The notes under the pieces: model-generated
Database searches by the model: none
What the model saw: only the letters and a program-made list of their open reading frames with translations
What the model was told of the DNA's origin: nothing
Assembly: GCA_030248215.1 (NCBI GenBank)
Contig: JASANG010000611.1
Span: forward strand, 671,819 to 691,818
Length of the DNA stretch: 20,000 nt
Direction of reading: 5' to 3'
Origin: Enoplolaimus lenunculus
Lineage: Eukaryota
Made by a program: the position numbers and the translations under genes
Part shown: piece by piece, positions 15,030 to 20,000 of the stretch
Layout of the letters: every line of letters begins with the position of its first letter
Position numbering within the stretch: the stretch's first letter is position 1

Positions 15030-16926
15030 TTTATTTTCAATGCTACAACTAGTTGCGGTGGGTTTCTTTTTAGTTTGTCTCAATACAAAGGTTAAGGCGG
15101 GCATATGCTAACTTTTCCACTTGATTCATTTGTAAATTCAATTGATAACGGTCTGAATCCATTCCGTCGCCGTACGTTTTATTTTTCGTTGACCCCAAAA
15201 CATACAACAATTGCGAAAACTGCAACGTAAACCAATTAATTTTTACCAAATTTACAGCTAAACTTAATCAGCAGTTTTTTCAATTTAGTATTAATGATCT
15301 CTAAAATAAAAATCACCCTAAAACTTCTTCGCTACGTCGTAATATTTCAATCGAACGACTCTCTAAATTCAACGAAAAGGAAATGGCAATAAAAATTTTC
15401 CAATCACAATTGTTTTAATTTATTTAAAAAAAATTCGCTAATCAGGCCGAAATTGTCTGCAGGGAGCTCAGTGCCCCCTCGCCCCCTCGTAGTTGTTGTT
15501 CTGGCTTTCACATTGTGTGCTAAAGAAGATTAAAAGTTTCCCACATACCAGAGAACAATTATTACTGTCAATGCCAGCCATCTGGCTCTGTGAACAGTTT
15601 CATCTAATAGACTGTCGCTGCTTTCGTGTTCACCAGATATTATTTGCCAAACATTAGGTTTGTTTTTTGTGTGTGTGGCTGCTATAGGTTTGATATATAG
15701 GGAGGTAGAGATTCTATATCGTATAATAGTATCTTAAATGTAATGTTACCACTTACACATGCCAGCTTCGAACAATAAGCTTTTATTAGTGCTTGACTGG
15801 TTGCAAAAACCATTAGACAGCGATCATGCTTAGCAATATAATGTTGCTTAAATTTGAAGTTATCATTTTAAATGAAAATGCAGTTTTGTGTTGAAAACTT
15901 TGAATAATGATGGTTGTCCGCGATTGCAAATTCAAAGTGTAAATATTTGATCATATTTTTGCTTCATTGAGAATTAGACAGAAATATTTAGTTATTTATT
16001 TAGTGAAAAATCAAGTTTTTTACTTTATTCGCTAGAAGTAGCACAATAGTATGTTATAACTTTTATTACCGCGAATTCGTTTCTTCTAACACTTTTTCCC
16101 CATACTTACGCTTAGGTTTACTAGGCTTAGGTTTAGGAAAAACTTACCTAAGCAGCTTAAGGCTTTGTCTAAACCTGAACTGCAATCCAAATGTGTGGGA
16201 AGTGTACTTCATGAGCAGCATATTCGAGCTATACAGTTTGCAAACTTGTCATAACTTTTTGCAAATCAGCGTGATCAGTAAATGCTTTGTTACCGAATAG
16301 GCGAAGTAAAATGCATTTTTAACTTAAAGCCCTTAATAAATCTATTGTTTATTGTTTAACAAAAACCAAATACCAAAGTGATTGACGCTACTACGGCAAG
16401 GTTTTGCAGGTGGCAAACATTACACTAACTATTGAAAATCATTAGTATGAAAACGTGACTATAACAGGACTATTTCGGAGTCACCAAAAAAGAAAAAGGT
16501 CCTGGGACAACGCTTAGCGCTATTGTAAAACACCGCAAACAAATCTCAATAAAGAATTAAAATTGAAATTTGAACATAAAACTTTAAAGCATATGGCCAA
16601 AGAAACCGTATATACATAACGTGGCTATCTTAAAAGGTCATACTATTGCAGTCCGACAAAAAACGTTCAACCATTGCACTGATCTTTGCATAGGCCTGAA
16701 GTATAATCCTGTTTTATGATACATTTCTACAACTCAAGATTTGCTATTATCGTCGCCTTTTGACCACTTGAAGAGCCGCTATGAATACAAGTAAAATAGC
16801 TTTGAATGAAGTTTATATCATTGTAAAAAAATCTAGCTTGCAAACGCCAGGGGGACGACGGAAAACGTCGTTTTTCCAACTAGACGCTTCGCCTAGATAC
16901 TTGGCTGAAATTCTTAAAAATAAATG

Positions 16927-17032
16927 AGAAGAAGAAGAAGACAGAGTAAACTAAAAAGAAGAAGAAGAAGAAGAGAAAAAAAAAAAAGAACAACAAGAAA
17001 AAGAAGAAGAAGAAGAAGTAGAAGAGACAAAA
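16927..17032 (+). repeat. (GAA)n / A-rich purine tract
   Basis: Three GAA runs and an A homopolymer. This explains the Leu/Phe-rich spurious ORF 16914..17102. Confidence 0.9.
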
Positions 17033-17790
17033 ATGGGAACTCTAGGATATGAAAATTTGCTCTGCCAATTCCGGGAATCTTATTGCTCACTTGAGTAAGC
17101 ATTCCTGGCAGCGGAGCTGAAGAAAATGGTTATACAAACTTTTTAAGCAGCACTAACACAACTTATATTAGCGATATAAATTTGCATAAAAGCTCTAACT
17201 GCAACGATGACATCTTTCCGTTAATCACTTATGGCCTCGGCTAATATGCCTTTTAGCGTTTGGGATAATCGTTTTTATTCTACACTACCGTACTTTTTTA
17301 ATTATAGCTCAACAGTTTTGATAAATGTAATGTTTCTAAAACAGTTTAAAGTTGTCATGGTTACTTTTGATTCAACTTTAACCAGCGTTTACAGGTAAAG
17401 TTAAACTGTAGTGGCAGTGTTAATTTAACTCAATAAAATACATTGAAAAAAACAGGGATATAACCAAGGAAATAGGGGATATATCGTTTCCTGAACTTTA
17501 TGAAGAATCAAGTAGGAAAGCAATTAACAGTCTTTAAACTGATAATCTGGATCATAGATGTCAAAATAATTATTTTAGATGAGGTTATACACTATCGAAT
17601 TCACATCCTGGTTACGCCGCTGTGAAAAAAACTGACAGCAGTTTTAAACAGTAATAAAAACAACAATAGTCAGATCAGAGAGTAAACAATTTTAACTGTT
17701 TACCTACTGTATGTTGCATTTAGTACTTTGAATTCAATATACGTACTTTTAAAGGAAGGATTTTGTACACCTAGGCTTTACTAATAGGGA

Positions 17791-17953
17791 CAATGGCGGA
17801 TCCATGGGGTCCACCCCGGCCATGCCCCCCAACAGCATCTCGACAAAAATTATATAGCAATTTTATGGCAATAGTTCGTGGTTTGTGTGGATCAAAAATA
17901 AGTTTATTATTGTGAAATTTTGCCCCCCATTTGAGATCCTGGATCCGCCACTG
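17791..17953. mobile_element. MITE (163 bp) with CAGTGGCGGATCCA-type TIRs
   Basis: 13/14 TIR match. Flanks TAATAGGGA / AAATAGGAA resemble a decayed 9-bp TSD (7/9). Confidence 0.75.
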
Positions 17954-17983
17954 AAATAGGAAAATGCTTACTTATGCCTAAAC

Positions 17984-18599
17984 ATAAATCTTCGCCTAAG
18001 CATAAGTCTTAACCTTTTAAACGTGGAGGAAGTGACAAGAGCCAAACACAATATTGAAAATACTCGAAAAGTGGCCGGAGCGAGGAGAGCTAGAAGTTAC
18101 TGTGCCGTATTAGGATTATCATTGCGAAGTGTATTGATAAATCTTCGCCTAAGCGTAAGTCTTAACCTTTTAAACGTGGAGGAAGTGTACAAGAGCCAAA
18201 CACAATATTGAAAATGCTCGAAAAGTGGCCGGAGCGAGGAGAGCTGAAGTTACTGTGCCGTATTCAGGATTATCATTGCGGAATATTGATAAATCTTCGC
18301 CTAAGCATAAGTCTTAACCTTTTAAACGTGGAGGAAGTGTACAAGAGCCAAACACAATATTGAAAATGCTCGAAAAGTGGCCGGAGCGAGGAGAGCTAGA
18401 AGTTACTGTGCCGTATTCAGGATTATCATTGCGGAATATTGATAAATCTTCGCCTAAGCATAAGTCTTAACCTTTTAAACGTGGAGGAAGTGTACAAGAG
18501 CCAAACACAATATTGAAAATGCTCGAAAAGTGGCCGGAGCGAGCAGAGCTAGAAGTTACTATGCCGTATACAGGATTATCATTGCGGAATATTGATAAA
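17984..18599. repeat. Tandem repeat, 4 x ~153 bp, near-identical
   Basis: ATAAATCTTCGCCTAAGC starts at 17984, 18137, 18289 and 18442, and ATAAA recurs at 18595 (periods 153, 152, 153, 153). Confidence 0.95.
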
Positions 18600-18914
18600 G
18601 AATTTGCTAAGGCGAGTGAAACAAGCAAGAAAATATTTTGGCCTTTGCTATTCAGTCGTTATTTTACGCAATGCGAAAGTATAGCGACTGATATGCCAAT
18701 TGCAATATCCGTTGGCCATGCTAGTAAATTTACTAAAATTTGTTAGTACCAGCGTATTATTTTGCCGATCTAATGCAAAACATAGGGTGCCTGCGTTTCC
18801 AAAGTTTACTCTTCAGGCCTGTGTTTGGTTTAGGGGCTTAACTGCAGATTAAGCATATTCAGAAACCAAAACCTAAGCCGAAGCGTTGAAAAGTGTAAAA
18901 TTAAGCCTAAGTTA

Positions 18915-19333
18915 CTGTGGTGACCCAAATAAAACGTGGATAGATCTTTATTTTTCTCTCCAGAGGATACTCTTTGTTATTCGGTTGAGGACTGTTTTTG
19001 TTCTTAATTCACTCCTTGTTAGTTCGAACCCAGCACCCTTCTCTTTTATATTTCTTGTGTTGCGCCCGAATTGACTTGCTCTGAAACTTTTTCGTTTTAT
19101 TGCCTTGTCTGTTAACTTTCATTCCGGGTATTTATCAAAGTTTATGCGGGTTGTCTGAGCGTCTGCTACATATTTGAGCAGTCTAGGCCGTTCATTTGCT
19201 TTGGTTTTCGTGGACTCATATTGGACTTACGGCATCTGTTTACGAACTGTAATTAAAACATAGATTTTATTTATTAGAACTCAAAATGGGGACCCCATCT
19301 TTACTACCGCTCCTCTTAATCAGGCCACTACAG
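18915..19333. mobile_element. MITE of the same family as 5328..5775
   Basis: TA|CTGTGGTGACCCAAATAA ... CCTCTTAATCAGGCCACTACAG|TA, with TA on both flanks. Shares GGACTCATATTG and CTCAAAATGGGGACCCC with the 5328 element. Confidence 0.75.
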
Positions 19334-20000
19334 TAAACAAAAAAATATAGTCTAAAATTTAAAGCTTACTTTTTGCAGTCCCCTGTACAAAATTGGGCGG
19401 CTCCAGAAGTAACATGAGCCGCTGTCACATAAAGTTGTCAACTATGAGCAACTAAGCGCAAACTGTGTACGCGAAATATATCCACACTGTTTAGTGTAAA
19501 TTGATTGCTGCTTATAGACTTACGTTGTACAAAACGTTCCGAAAGATGTGTCAGCCCTCGGCCTGTGACGTCAACCTCCACTGAGAGGTACGTTATAAAT
19601 GGAAACCAGTGGGGAGTATGGACTCAAATCTCAGCTTGAAAGTATGTCTGAGATAAAATAGAAATATTCATGTGAGAAAATGCTAATATCTGTTAACTTT
19701 TTGCGAAAAATGCCCTTTCACTTTTATGCTGCGTAACTTTCGATATCCTTTTGTTTAAACGTGGTAAAATATTGTTTGTGACCAAAACGCAAAAATTAAT
19801 GCAAGGAGTCAAATATAAGATTTTAATTCAAATATTTTAATATATTCGAAACGTATTGTCACCCGTTAGTTGCGCAATAAACCTTAATACAAACCACACA
19901 CTATTGTACCACCCGTCCAAAACATTGGGTTGGTTGGGGGGCCGAGAATGATGTTCATGAGAAACAAAGCTGCTACAGTTGCAAATTTTTCAGCTTTTTA

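Noticed and set aside
16855..16883. Hairpin ACGACG-GAAAA-CGTCGT followed by a T run and CTAG (terminator or Helitron 3' end)
   Set aside because: Only a 6-bp stem, CTAG is followed by A rather than T, no matching 5' end was found, and intrinsic terminators do not apply in this eukaryotic context.
17984..18599. Tandem array as a CRISPR array or a 51-codon repeat protein
   Set aside because: No unique spacers, no cas genes, eukaryotic context. The best + frame has a TAA in every unit.

Overview
Eukaryotic, AT-rich genomic DNA, probably from a nematode (inferred from degenerate TTAGGC telomere-type repeats and a SUP-9-like protein). The window holds one intact two-exon TASK-family two-pore-domain K+ channel gene (sup-9/KCNK3/KCNK9-like) on the minus strand, join(3833..3551, 2231..55), about 819 aa, with a very long low-complexity C-terminal tail that includes 29 consecutive Thr. 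The dominant structure is a giant inverted duplication: 1..~5090 recurs reversed at ~6874..11527 around a ~1.8 kb spacer containing MITE-like elements and a TTAGGC-rich repeat. The second arm differs almost only by small deletions (about 15-22% loss in the inner part, none distally), which fits a long-read/amplification fold-back artefact better than a real pseudogene, although a real palindrome is not excluded. The remainder (11.6-20 kb) is non-coding, with several small TIR elements, a GAA tract and a 4x153 bp tandem repeat. I found no convincing novel biological system.
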